This document shows, piece after piece, positions 32,072-41,271 of a stretch of DNA of 45,325 nucleotides. The stretch's first letter is position 1, and the number at the start of each line of letters is the position of its first letter. The notes under the pieces are model-generated. The model ran no database searches. It was not told the DNA's origin and worked only from the letters and a program-made list of their open reading frames with translations. Where the stretch lies: positions 1 to 45,325 of the IMG/VR virus record IMGVR_UViG_3300045988_038226; one strand, written 5' to 3'. A program made the position numbers and the translations under genes. This stretch comes from a virus.

Positions 32072-32103
32072 CAAATATAAGCGGTTTTATTTTAACTACC
32101 AAA
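32072..32103 (-). promoter_or_regulatory. Bacteroidota-type early promoter P1
   Basis: -33 TTTG (32103-32100), 20-nt spacer, -7 TATATTTG (32079-32072). It follows the late-operon terminator. Confidence 0.7.
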
Positions 32104-32267
32104 AGAATTATCTTTTATTTTGTGTTTTCGGGTAAAAAAAGTTTCTTTTGGTTCCCTGCAAAGTTATTTTTGGCGAATTTTCGTTTTAACGGACTTTCTT
32201 TGCCGGGGTGGGTAATTTATCCACTCAAACAAAATAATCGAAATACGGGGCGGAAAACGGGCAAATA

Positions 32268-32304
32268 CAAAAAGGGGTCGGATTATCACAACCCGAACCC
32301 CTTT
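32268..32304 (-). terminator. Rho-independent terminator ending the late/lysis operon
   Basis: Minus strand reads AAAGGGGTTCGGGTTGTGATAATCCGACCCCTTTTT, about 25 nt after the stop at 32330. Confidence 0.65.
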
Positions 32305-32329
32305 ACAACCTATATTATGAACAAAAAGG

Positions 32330-32944
32330 TTATTTTTCTATGGTTACAAACTCAACCCCCAATATTTTTGTTGCCGGGTTCTTACTCACAACGTCAATTT
32401 CCCGGTTCTTTACTTTATTGGTTTTCCAAAGGAACCCCCAAAAACGTTTGTATTGGACGGTTTCCGCTATCAATAGACTATCCCGGTTTATATGCGTTCC
32501 GGTAAATGTATTGTCCGGGCGTGCGCATCCGTGTAACTCAAACCACGGTTCCACAATATCAACACAACGTAAAACAGTCGTAACCGTGTCGCCGGGCAAA
32601 TATACGATACTATCCCGGACGGTTCCCCGCAACTCGTTAATTGTTTCCAACTGTGTTGTCGTTACCCGTTGCAAATCCCGGTTCTTTGTTTGTAGCGTCT
32701 TTATTAACGCCAAATCGTCCGCCCGGTACTTTTCATACTCGGAAACTTTCAACGTCAAATTACCGACCTTTGCGGCGTTCAAACTGTCCTTTGTTTGGTA
32801 CGTCTTAACGTCTTGCAACAACGTTTCCGTATTTGACTTGTATTTGTCCCGGTCGGCGGTCAAATTCTTAATACGGACGTGTTGCCCCCAAATAACGGCG
32901 GCAATCGCTCCAATTATCGCCGTATAAATCAAAATCTTTTTCAT
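32330..32944 (-). CDS. Lysis-cassette membrane-anchored coiled-coil protein (spanin-like)
   Basis: 204 aa with an N-terminal anchor MKKILIYTAIIGAIAAVIWG and then heptad-like sequence. ATGA-coupled to the amidase. Confidence 0.4.
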   Translation of the reverse strand: MKKILIYTAIIGAIAAVIWGQHVRIKNLTADRDKYKSNTETLLQDVKTYQTKDSLNAAKVGNLTLKVSEYEKYRADDLALIKTLQTKNRDLQRVTTTQLETINELRGTVRDSIVYLPGDTVTTVLRCVDIVEPWFELHGCARPDNTFTGTHINRDSLLIAETVQYKRFWGFLWKTNKVKNREIDVVSKNPATKILGVEFVTIEK

Positions 32945-33531
32945 AACGTCAATACTCTTTTAATTGCGGCAACGTGCATATTGGCGATACGTTCCCGCCC
33001 GTCCTCACTCATTATAAAACGGCAATCTTTTTCGGTATCCATAAAAAAGTTTTCCGTAAGGATTGCCGGACACGTTGTTTTTGTTAGTATATAAAAATTC
33101 GCTTCTTTGTCCGGGTCGCCGTCTGTGTGGTCGAACCGCATACGCCAACCGTCCGGGACAAATTCCCGTGTCGCTTCCTCGGCAAATACCGTGGCGATTG
33201 GGTCGGCGGCTGTTTGACCGGGCGACGTGTAAACCTCCCAACCTGTGCCGCCCCCGGCGTTGGCGTGTACGCTCAATACATAAACTTTGTTGTTGTACTC
33301 TTTGGCAATGTCGTTGGCACGCTTTACACGTTCCGACAATGCAATGTCGGTTTCCTCCGGTACTAATACCCTGTAAGGTATGTTTTCCGCCTCCAATTGC
33401 TCAACAATGCGGCGTACAATATCCCGGTTAAACTCGTATTCAAAAAGTTGCGACCCGTCCGACCATACCGGGGAACGTTTCCCGGCGGTTTCTTTTCCGT
33501 GTCCGTTGTCTAATAATACAATCGGTTTCAT
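32941..33531 (-). CDS. N-acetylmuramoyl-L-alanine amidase (Amidase_3-type endolysin)
   Basis: 196 aa with LLDNGHGKETAGKRSP, EYEFN, LSVHANAGGGTGWEVY and ILTENFFMD, which supply the zinc-ligand and catalytic positions. Confidence 0.85.
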   Translation of the reverse strand: MKPIVLLDNGHGKETAGKRSPVWSDGSQLFEYEFNRDIVRRIVEQLEAENIPYRVLVPEETDIALSERVKRANDIAKEYNNKVYVLSVHANAGGGTGWEVYTSPGQTAADPIATVFAEEATREFVPDGWRMRFDHTDGDPDKEANFYILTKTTCPAILTENFFMDTEKDCRFIMSEDGRERIANMHVAAIKRVLTL

Positions 33532-33980
33532 TCTTTTACCTCCTTTTCTTTGTCCGGTACGTCCTCAATACATCGTTCGACCTCCGGGCGATTAAATAAT
33601 TTGAAAATGTTTATTTTCTTGTTTATTCCTTTTGCTTCAAAATAGTTATTAAAGCAACTTGAAATTTCGATACCGTACACGATTAACAGTAACAACCCGG
33701 ATAATACGGGTATTCCTAATATTGTGCCGAACGTTTGCCCGAACAATCCCGCCAACGTTACCCAACATATATAATCAACTAATTTATTTATTGCCCGCCT
33801 CCATTTGCGGGACGTGCGGATTGGCTCCCCTCGTTTCTTTGCGGCGGCAACGCCAAACCGACTATCGACAAATATTAAAACTATTGCCAAAATCAAAAAG
33901 GGAATAAGACTATTGTAAAAGTCTAATAACGGGGCTACAACTGCCGTGGTCGTTCCGTTGATAATGTTACGTTCTTGCAT
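33528..33980 (-). CDS. Holin (putative)
   Basis: 150 aa from the ATG at 33980, with three hydrophobic helices. Immediately upstream of and ATGA-coupled to the amidase. Confidence 0.6.
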   Translation of the reverse strand: MQERNIINGTTTAVVAPLLDFYNSLIPFLILAIVLIFVDSRFGVAAAKKRGEPIRTSRKWRRAINKLVDYICWVTLAGLFGQTFGTILGIPVLSGLLLLIVYGIEISSCFNNYFEAKGINKKINIFKLFNRPEVERCIEDVPDKEKEVKE

Positions 33981-33998
33981 CTTTAAGTAAGGGAATAA

Positions 33999-34021
33999 GG
34001 GGAACGGGCGCACCCGTCCCC
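33999..34021 (-). other. Intergenic GC-rich stem-loop between the tail fibre and holin genes
   Basis: Minus strand reads GGGGACGGGTGCGCCCGTTCCCC (one bulge). Confidence 0.5.
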
Positions 34022-34028
34022 CGGTTAA

Positions 34029-37000
34029 TTAAACGGTTTGTTTCAATGATACGGATATATCGTTTATCTGCATCGGGAATGTTTGCGCCTTTGTAAACGC
34101 TTGGTCGAAATCGTCCGGGTTCCGGTACAACTCCAATACAACGGTCGTGGCAAATGGCGGTACAATTAATTCAAATTGTTTTTCCGCCCAACCAATACCC
34201 ACGATTGCGGTATGAACCGACGGGATATATTGATTGTTGAATTTTGCCCCGACAACCAAACGTCCGTAATCGTAAGACGTCGGCGTTATTTGGCGGGTTG
34301 TCGTCCGGTAATCGTCGTTTGTTGTCTGATTATATATTTTCGGATACAAACGGGCGGTTACTTTGACAATCATTTTACGGTATCCCCTCGACGCCTCAAT
34401 TGTAAACGACTTACTTAACTTATTGGAAAATCCGGGGTCGGCTTGCGTCAACACGGCGTCCGATAAATAAGAGTTAAAACCGGGATAATCCCGTATATCG
34501 CTTGGCAATTGTTCAAATATAATTCCGGCATCTTTCGTCCAAACATCGTTCCACGTTGCGCCGCCAAATCCCGTGTCCTCGGTCAACTCCATTTCGCCCG
34601 CCTCTTTGATTTGGCAAATATCGTGGCGGTCTGCTTTTTCCAAACCGCCGGAAACGGTACAATTGGGCGCACCCAACGTAAACGAACCGGAACCGCCAAC
34701 GATAATACGCAATTTGTCATATTCCCAATACTTGTAATCGGAAACGTCAATTACATATTCGCCGTTTTCGTATTGTGCGGCGATTGGTTCAAACCCGGCG
34801 ACGGGTTGCCCGGCTTGCGCAAAAAATCCGGCTGTGTATCGGCTCAAATTGTAGTAACAACGGGAATACGCCGTTGTTGCGCCGCCGCTTACTTTCGTAA
34901 GGGTTCCCGCCCCGGCTTGACCCGTGGTTGCCATATCGAAACAAAGGAAATAACCCGGATAATCAACGCCCCGGAATTTCCCGGCGTATTGTATTTGGGT
35001 TGCGCCCGTTGCGGTTGACGTAAACGCCGTACCGATTGTTTCGTTAAATGCGTCGTACACGGCTTTTGTAACTTGGAACATACCATTGTTACGGCTGATA
35101 CTGTAAGGCGTAACGGGGTTATTTGCGTTCTTTACATAGAATGTCAACCCGGCGGAACCTTTGATTGTTATTTGGGCGGCTCCGGGCTTTATCCGGGGGC
35201 TTACAAACTCCAACAACCCCCACTTATTGAAAGTAAGAGTTGAACCCGCCAACAACAAACAATATTCGTTTTGGTTACTGTCAACATTGTATTTGCTCGT
35301 ATCGCTCAAATCGTCGTAATACTTCCAACTATCGTTACCCTCTGACAATGCCAATTCCCCAACGTTTATTTCGACAAACTTTGTTAGACGGTCAACCAAC
35401 GTGTCGTAATTCAAACCGGAAACGTCCGTTACGGTCGTGGCGTATTCGTCCCGTACACGGAATATCTTAACCGATTGTTTGACGTGCAAATGTCGCAATA
35501 TATGGAACCATTCTTCAACCATACTTTCATTTGTTCGGGTTGCGGGGTGTCCGCCGCCCCAAAATCCGGGGTATTTGCCTTGCAAAACCTTTTCGGATAT
35601 TGTACCAATCGGGCAATATACAAATCCGTGTTTGTCGGCATATTCTTTCAAAAGAGTATCAATTGCCGGGTTTTGTATTATGTGGTCGGTTCCCAATATC
35701 GGTTGCGCTCCAACGCATTTAACATTTTCGACCATTTCCAACACTTGCGCCATGTACAACGCTAACGTTCCGCCGTCCATTGTATGCAATGTTTCGTTCC
35801 CGATATTCTGTATTGCAATATGCGACGGGCGCAACTCCCTTATTCCAACGGTTCCGTATGGGTTGGAATTGGCACGCAAACGGTTACTTTCGTCAACAAT
35901 ACGGTTTCCCGATACGCCGAAATTCGCCAACGGTAAATCCAAAAGATTAGATAATTTGTTTACCCAACTTTTGTTTTTAATGGCGTAATAACTTTCAGTA
36001 TAAGAACAACCGTAAAAGGCGATTTTGTCCGACGTACCAACATTAATATCTATATCCGTACTCCCAACGTCCGGCAATAATGAACGTTTGATTTTGCCGT
36101 TTTCATCTAACAGATAAGAGGCGGGCAACGGGGCGTCCGTATCATCCGCCGACAACGGGTATTGCATCGGGCTTAATATCGACAATTTACCCAATGCAAC
36201 CGCAACCGGATAATTGTTGTATGTAATTGGATTAACCAAAGCGACCGAACCGGAAAACGCCTCATCGGGGGAACTTATTGTTAAACCGGAAAACGCAAGC
36301 GTATTACCGTTGCCGTCCTGTATGGTCGGATAAATCGGAATACTGAAATTGCGCAAACCCGAAATACCTAAATTTCCGCCAATAGTTGCGGCAAAATTCT
36401 TATCCGGGTTATTAGCAATCGCCGCCCCGTCTTGCAAATTTGGAATATACGACAATTTGGTTGTGCTCGTTGTTAGGTCGTAACCTGTGCGGCTTTGTAT
36501 ATACGCATCGTCAACGCCATAATATACGGCAACAAATACTTGCAATCCCGCCTCGGCGTTATTGGCGTTTTTATAGATACCCCCGGCGCAAATTGTAATG
36601 TCGATTTTCTCGGAAAAATCAAAACCGATAAAATTAGACGGGTACACTTTCCAAAGTGGATAATTACGATACGCCGCCGTTGGGTTCCCGACCATTTGAA
36701 AACATTTCAAATTGAAACGGTTTGCCGCATCGGTATAAAAACCGGAACTTACAAGGTTTTGTTGTTGCTGATATAACGATTTGGATATTTTCGTTAAATC
36801 TGTTATACCATCTTTCCACGGTACGGACAACATATTGATATTTTTATAAGATAATGCGCCGACCTCCGCCAATTTGCCGTATATGTCGTTTATCTGCGAA
36901 TTGATTGTTGCAAGTGCGGCGTAAATGTCTTGCATAAATGCGGTTTCCAACGACAAATAACATTGCGTATAATCCCCCCATTTTGCCGACGGGTCGTTAT

Positions 37001-37637
37001 TGGGCGAAAACTCCATTGTAATTGCCATTTCCGCCGCCCCGTCCGGTATGGTAATTTCGTTTTGACCTTTTACAACGGCAAAATTTACATTATTCAAACG
37101 TTGACCGTCCGCCGTAATAAACGTATTTAACGTTTCGGCAACGGACGAAATATAAATCCATTTTTGCCCCGGCATTACTGACAACCGTATATACTTATGC
37201 AATGCGGGGTCGTTCGGCATTATGATACCGCCCGCACTACCAACCGACGCTACATAACCGCCGGAATAAAACGACGTTGCGTTTTGCCCCGCCGCCACAC
37301 TTCGCAAATCCGATATTGTCGGAATGTTAAGTTGTGTACCAACCCACGCCCCGGACGCTCCATTGTTGCGTAATACAACGACCCCAACGCCGGGATTGAG
37401 AACATAATTACCAAAACCCGGATATGTTCCGGGCGTGGTTGCTAAATAAAATTGGTTGCCGTCGGGCGTACCGGGGTCGGTTGCAATTGTTGCCAATCCC
37501 ATGTATTGCGCCCCGGCTCCCAATTGGTTAATGATACTAAACAAGGCGTTTTGTAAGAGTTGCCCCGTAATTTCATTGTTGCCGTTCGTCTTTATAACGG
37601 CGGCAATGGCTGTTTTTAATTCTGAATTGTTCGCCAT
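34029..37637 (-). CDS. Tail fibre/receptor-binding protein with an internal SGNH/GDSL-type esterase-like domain
   Basis: 1202 aa and last in the tail module. Residues ~535-725 carry IAFYGCSYTE (block I), NFGVSGNR (II), IGNET (III) and GGGHP (V). Confidence 0.6.
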   Translation of the reverse strand: MANNSELKTAIAAVIKTNGNNEITGQLLQNALFSIINQLGAGAQYMGLATIATDPGTPDGNQFYLATTPGTYPGFGNYVLNPGVGVVVLRNNGASGAWVGTQLNIPTISDLRSVAAGQNATSFYSGGYVASVGSAGGIIMPNDPALHKYIRLSVMPGQKWIYISSVAETLNTFITADGQRLNNVNFAVVKGQNEITIPDGAAEMAITMEFSPNNDPSAKWGDYTQCYLSLETAFMQDIYAALATINSQINDIYGKLAEVGALSYKNINMLSVPWKDGITDLTKISKSLYQQQQNLVSSGFYTDAANRFNLKCFQMVGNPTAAYRNYPLWKVYPSNFIGFDFSEKIDITICAGGIYKNANNAEAGLQVFVAVYYGVDDAYIQSRTGYDLTTSTTKLSYIPNLQDGAAIANNPDKNFAATIGGNLGISGLRNFSIPIYPTIQDGNGNTLAFSGLTISSPDEAFSGSVALVNPITYNNYPVAVALGKLSILSPMQYPLSADDTDAPLPASYLLDENGKIKRSLLPDVGSTDIDINVGTSDKIAFYGCSYTESYYAIKNKSWVNKLSNLLDLPLANFGVSGNRIVDESNRLRANSNPYGTVGIRELRPSHIAIQNIGNETLHTMDGGTLALYMAQVLEMVENVKCVGAQPILGTDHIIQNPAIDTLLKEYADKHGFVYCPIGTISEKVLQGKYPGFWGGGHPATRTNESMVEEWFHILRHLHVKQSVKIFRVRDEYATTVTDVSGLNYDTLVDRLTKFVEINVGELALSEGNDSWKYYDDLSDTSKYNVDSNQNEYCLLLAGSTLTFNKWGLLEFVSPRIKPGAAQITIKGSAGLTFYVKNANNPVTPYSISRNNGMFQVTKAVYDAFNETIGTAFTSTATGATQIQYAGKFRGVDYPGYFLCFDMATTGQAGAGTLTKVSGGATTAYSRCYYNLSRYTAGFFAQAGQPVAGFEPIAAQYENGEYVIDVSDYKYWEYDKLRIIVGGSGSFTLGAPNCTVSGGLEKADRHDICQIKEAGEMELTEDTGFGGATWNDVWTKDAGIIFEQLPSDIRDYPGFNSYLSDAVLTQADPGFSNKLSKSFTIEASRGYRKMIVKVTARLYPKIYNQTTNDDYRTTTRQITPTSYDYGRLVVGAKFNNQYIPSVHTAIVGIGWAEKQFELIVPPFATTVVLELYRNPDDFDQAFTKAQTFPMQINDISVSLKQTV

Positions 37638-37639
37638 AA

Positions 37640-38503
37640 TTATTTGTTATTAAAGTCGTTATTGAAATCATTGTTGAAATCGCCGTTATTCGGGATAATT
37701 CCCCGCCCTATCTTTTTAACAACGGTTGCGGTTTCAAATTCGGCTTCAACGCTTGCTAAATCCCCCTGCGTTTGCCATTTTGGGGTAACTAAAAAGGTGT
37801 CGCAATCGTATGATTGCCCTAAATTGGTAACGGTTACGTAATCACTCATTCGGATAAACCGGATAACGTCGCAAAGATATTCCGGGGCTAAAAAAACAAA
37901 CTTGTACGTCTTTTCGCTAATCTGTTTTTCGGGGAAAAAATACCCGTCCCGGTTTTCGCCCTCTTCCTCAAATGGATATTCCGGTTTACCTAATTGCGTG
38001 TTCAGATATAAACGATTTTTGAACGCCGGGTTTCTGTAAACGATTTGCCCCGCATCAAATACCATGTTATCAATATCGTACCATTCAATCGTTAAGCAAC
38101 ACGAAACATCTTGCACGACGGTAAACATTTCAGAATAAAAAATTTGCACCCCGTCCGATATTGTCAAATAGTGGAACCCCTCGGCAATGGAAAGGTTCAA
38201 CGGGAAATTTGCCGGGAAAACAATAACGTCATAACCCAAAGCCGCAAAGCGGACAATTTGCAATCCGCTTTCGACCATTGGTTGCGTTATATCCGCTTTC
38301 AAATTTCCGTCCTTATCGTACAACCGCACGTATGATATACCATTTGTCCGGGTCGTCCTCATAAGTTGGAACGGAACCAAATATTGCATCGGAACAACTA
38401 ACGGGTAAATTTGCCCGTATGCGTATGTTCGTCGGTGGTTTTGATACTTTATATTATCGTACCACGGCAACACACTAAAATTATTATTGGCTGTCTGTAT
38501 CAT
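37640..38503 (-). CDS. Tail/baseplate-associated protein
   Basis: 287 aa between the two giant tail genes. The C-terminus reads GDFNNDFNNDFNNK. Confidence 0.4.
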   Translation of the reverse strand: MIQTANNNFSVLPWYDNIKYQNHRRTYAYGQIYPLVVPMQYLVPFQLMRTTRTNGISYVRLYDKDGNLKADITQPMVESGLQIVRFAALGYDVIVFPANFPLNLSIAEGFHYLTISDGVQIFYSEMFTVVQDVSCCLTIEWYDIDNMVFDAGQIVYRNPAFKNRLYLNTQLGKPEYPFEEEGENRDGYFFPEKQISEKTYKFVFLAPEYLCDVIRFIRMSDYVTVTNLGQSYDCDTFLVTPKWQTQGDLASVEAEFETATVVKKIGRGIIPNNGDFNNDFNNDFNNK

Positions 38504-41267
38504 ACTTCAATGTTACTTTATTACTGCGACTATGCAAAGTTATTGATATTTTGTCTATTTGCCCCGTCCCTATTGGGGTTTTTATTAATTTCATTGGGTC
38601 GGGGTCGTCAATGGACGGATATGTTACAACCTGTTTTTTCTTTCTCTCAACGCCATACGCCGAAATTTCGGAATTATTAATTTTACAACGACGGGCGGGC
38701 AAATCATACGGGTAAAACGTCGGTTGTAAGTACATCCAACTAACTAATCCGTTTTGCATCGTGTACGTTTCGGACGTATCCGGGCGTTGCACATACGGCA
38801 ATTTATATGTTTCCTCCAACACGTAAAACGTTGCCAATTCTGACGTCGTAACAGTACAACGCATATATTTTGCATTGTCCGGGGCGATTAATGTTTGGTT
38901 CCACGCTTGCGCCTGACTATTACCGGATATATAGTTTTTATTCGCATCGTAAAACGCAACGTAATAACGATATGAAAGAAAATACATATACCCCCCGGAT
39001 ATTTCGATATAATCCGTTGCATTGAACGCCGCCGGGTTTGTTGGGTGGTAAATCAATTGCCCGTTCGACGGATTGACGTAATACCCTTTATTGACCGTAT
39101 TTGCGTTAAATAAATTCCCCTGTCTTTTCGTTGCGGCGAATAATGCAAACCCGTCGTCGCTGATTGCTCCGGGGTTCATCAACATATAATCCACGTCGGT
39201 TGTAAAGTTGGAAACGTTGACCGTTTCAATTTTCCCGGCGGTTACGTACTTACTTATAACGTCGATTGGATACCCGGCGAAATTCTTTGTTACGTCGTCC
39301 ATCCACTCAAATTGGAACCGTTCCGCCAAATCGACCTTTTCAAATTCCCACGCCGACGAATTGAACCCCCATTTTTTACCGTTGCGTACATTGGTTAACA
39401 ACGTCAAATCGGCGGTCAATTGTTGGTTATATCCATACGTTCCGCCATTACGGAACCATTGTATATGCTCAATCTTAAATTTCCCGTCCTCAATGTACCA
39501 AAACGCCCGGAAACAATCCCGTAACATAGTTGTAATTTGTTGCAACGTTACCGGGGCTTTTTGTGCGGGTTGGTCGTATTCGCCTTTTAGTATGTTTGTT
39601 TTTTGAGTAACCAACAACGTAAATTGCGCATACGAAATCGGGTTGTTTCGTGCGTATAAAAATTGGCTGTATTCCTCGGTCGGTTCGTGGGTAATGCCGG
39701 GCGCAAACTGTTTGAGTAAAACAGATATTGCGGACGAAATCGGGTAAGCATCACGCAACGTATATGTTTTGCGCCCTTGTTCCTCCAATATCCAATCGAA
39801 CAACGCAAAACCGAACCAAACGGACGCATAACGCCACGTTGACCGGGCAATTGGGAAAAATTCCTGTCCCCAAATGGAATTCGGCGGAACAAAGTAATTA
39901 CCATTGTCCGCCCGCCCCCATTGCGTCGGCTCGGTCGTGAAACTGCTTGATATATACCCAACGTCGATTGCGTAACCTATTGCCCTGTGATAATTTCGGT
40001 TATTTTCAACAATATCGTCCGACGGTAACGGGTATGTATCCAATCCCTGTATTTGCATTACGTCCAATAAATACCGAACGTAAATGTTATACGTCGCCAT
40101 TTCAACGGTTGCGGTTCCGGTTGCGCCGTTTGCCGTGTTCGCACTCATTGTAAAATCCAAATTATCCCATACGCCCGACCCGCCGACGTTTGTTTGATAA
40201 GTGAACATTTCCGCACCGTCCGAACTGCGTATTATCTTACATTGTACAATACCGAACCACGGCGGTAAATATTGCATCGCAACGGTTATATAATACCCGG
40301 TTGTTGTATCGGGATATAACGACCCGGTAAAATTATTGCCACTTAACGACATACGCCCGGTATATAACCCGTTAATTGCTGTCGGGGTTCCGTTAACGGT
40401 AACTTTCATTTCTTTAAGCATACTGCATAAAGCAAAATGATACGTCCGAACCAATGCGTTACGGTCGGTTACAACGTTGGCGTCTTGTTCCCAATACGTC
40501 CCGGCGGTAAAACATGAAACGACACTATCGCCGGGAATATAAACCTGTATAAGCGGGCGTTTATCCATTTGGCAACGAACAATCCGGGGGGCTAATTCCA
40601 ACAAATTATATTCCTTTTCCAATCCCGCCAACGTATCGTTATATTCGTCCAATACGTCCGGTTGTACGGTGCATTTCAAATCGTCCTCGTTCCATTGGCA
40701 ATCCGTTTTCATAAATTTACCCGTAAAATCCCGGTTCCATGTAACGCCCAAATCGTCCGACTTATCCATTAAAAAACGAAATTCCGTTTCAAATGATTTG
40801 CCCGCTAAATACTTATAATCGTCCCGGATAAACGATATTTTACCGGACAATTTAGGACGATAAAAACGTTGGTTGGTTTCCAACTCCCAATCTTTCGCCA
40901 AATCGTCCTTATAAACCGGGAATACTTGACGGATTGGGCGCATTTCAAACAACGTTTCGTTTGCATTGGTTACACAAACCCGCATATATACCGCCCCGTT
41001 GGGTATATCGGCGATAATTTCCCCGCCGGATATGTACCGCCCGGATATAAACGTACTTTCGTCGTAACCCCTATAAAACGAAACGGAATACCCATTGTCA
41101 AACAAAAATTGTTTTTCCGGTATGTTGGATATATATATATAACTCGACGTCTTAAAACCCGCATTAGCGGTCATTGCACCGCTATTGGGGTTTAATATTT
41201 GCCCGGCTTGGAAATATTGGTATAAATCATCGTCCGGGGCAATAAAAAATCTATAAATCGGGTTCAT
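38484..41267 (-). CDS. Large distal-tail protein (Dit position) with two related carbohydrate-binding-like modules
   Basis: 927 aa immediately after the tape measure. Two modules, aa 36-110 and 746-818, share YIxIS...YxVxFY...ISG...IxxPxxAxYMRxxVT. Confidence 0.45.
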   Translation of the reverse strand: MNPIYRFFIAPDDDLYQYFQAGQILNPNSGAMTANAGFKTSSYIYISNIPEKQFLFDNGYSVSFYRGYDESTFISGRYISGGEIIADIPNGAVYMRVCVTNANETLFEMRPIRQVFPVYKDDLAKDWELETNQRFYRPKLSGKISFIRDDYKYLAGKSFETEFRFLMDKSDDLGVTWNRDFTGKFMKTDCQWNEDDLKCTVQPDVLDEYNDTLAGLEKEYNLLELAPRIVRCQMDKRPLIQVYIPGDSVVSCFTAGTYWEQDANVVTDRNALVRTYHFALCSMLKEMKVTVNGTPTAINGLYTGRMSLSGNNFTGSLYPDTTTGYYITVAMQYLPPWFGIVQCKIIRSSDGAEMFTYQTNVGGSGVWDNLDFTMSANTANGATGTATVEMATYNIYVRYLLDVMQIQGLDTYPLPSDDIVENNRNYHRAIGYAIDVGYISSSFTTEPTQWGRADNGNYFVPPNSIWGQEFFPIARSTWRYASVWFGFALFDWILEEQGRKTYTLRDAYPISSAISVLLKQFAPGITHEPTEEYSQFLYARNNPISYAQFTLLVTQKTNILKGEYDQPAQKAPVTLQQITTMLRDCFRAFWYIEDGKFKIEHIQWFRNGGTYGYNQQLTADLTLLTNVRNGKKWGFNSSAWEFEKVDLAERFQFEWMDDVTKNFAGYPIDVISKYVTAGKIETVNVSNFTTDVDYMLMNPGAISDDGFALFAATKRQGNLFNANTVNKGYYVNPSNGQLIYHPTNPAAFNATDYIEISGGYMYFLSYRYYVAFYDANKNYISGNSQAQAWNQTLIAPDNAKYMRCTVTTSELATFYVLEETYKLPYVQRPDTSETYTMQNGLVSWMYLQPTFYPYDLPARRCKINNSEISAYGVERKKKQVVTYPSIDDPDPMKLIKTPIGTGQIDKISITLHSRSNKVTLKYDTDSQ

Positions 41268-41271
41268 GCGC

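Noticed and set aside
34029-37637. A diversity-generating retroelement targeting the tail fibre, as in some Bacteroides phages.
   Set aside because: There is no reverse-transcriptase-like ORF in any frame, and I could find no template/variable repeat pair.
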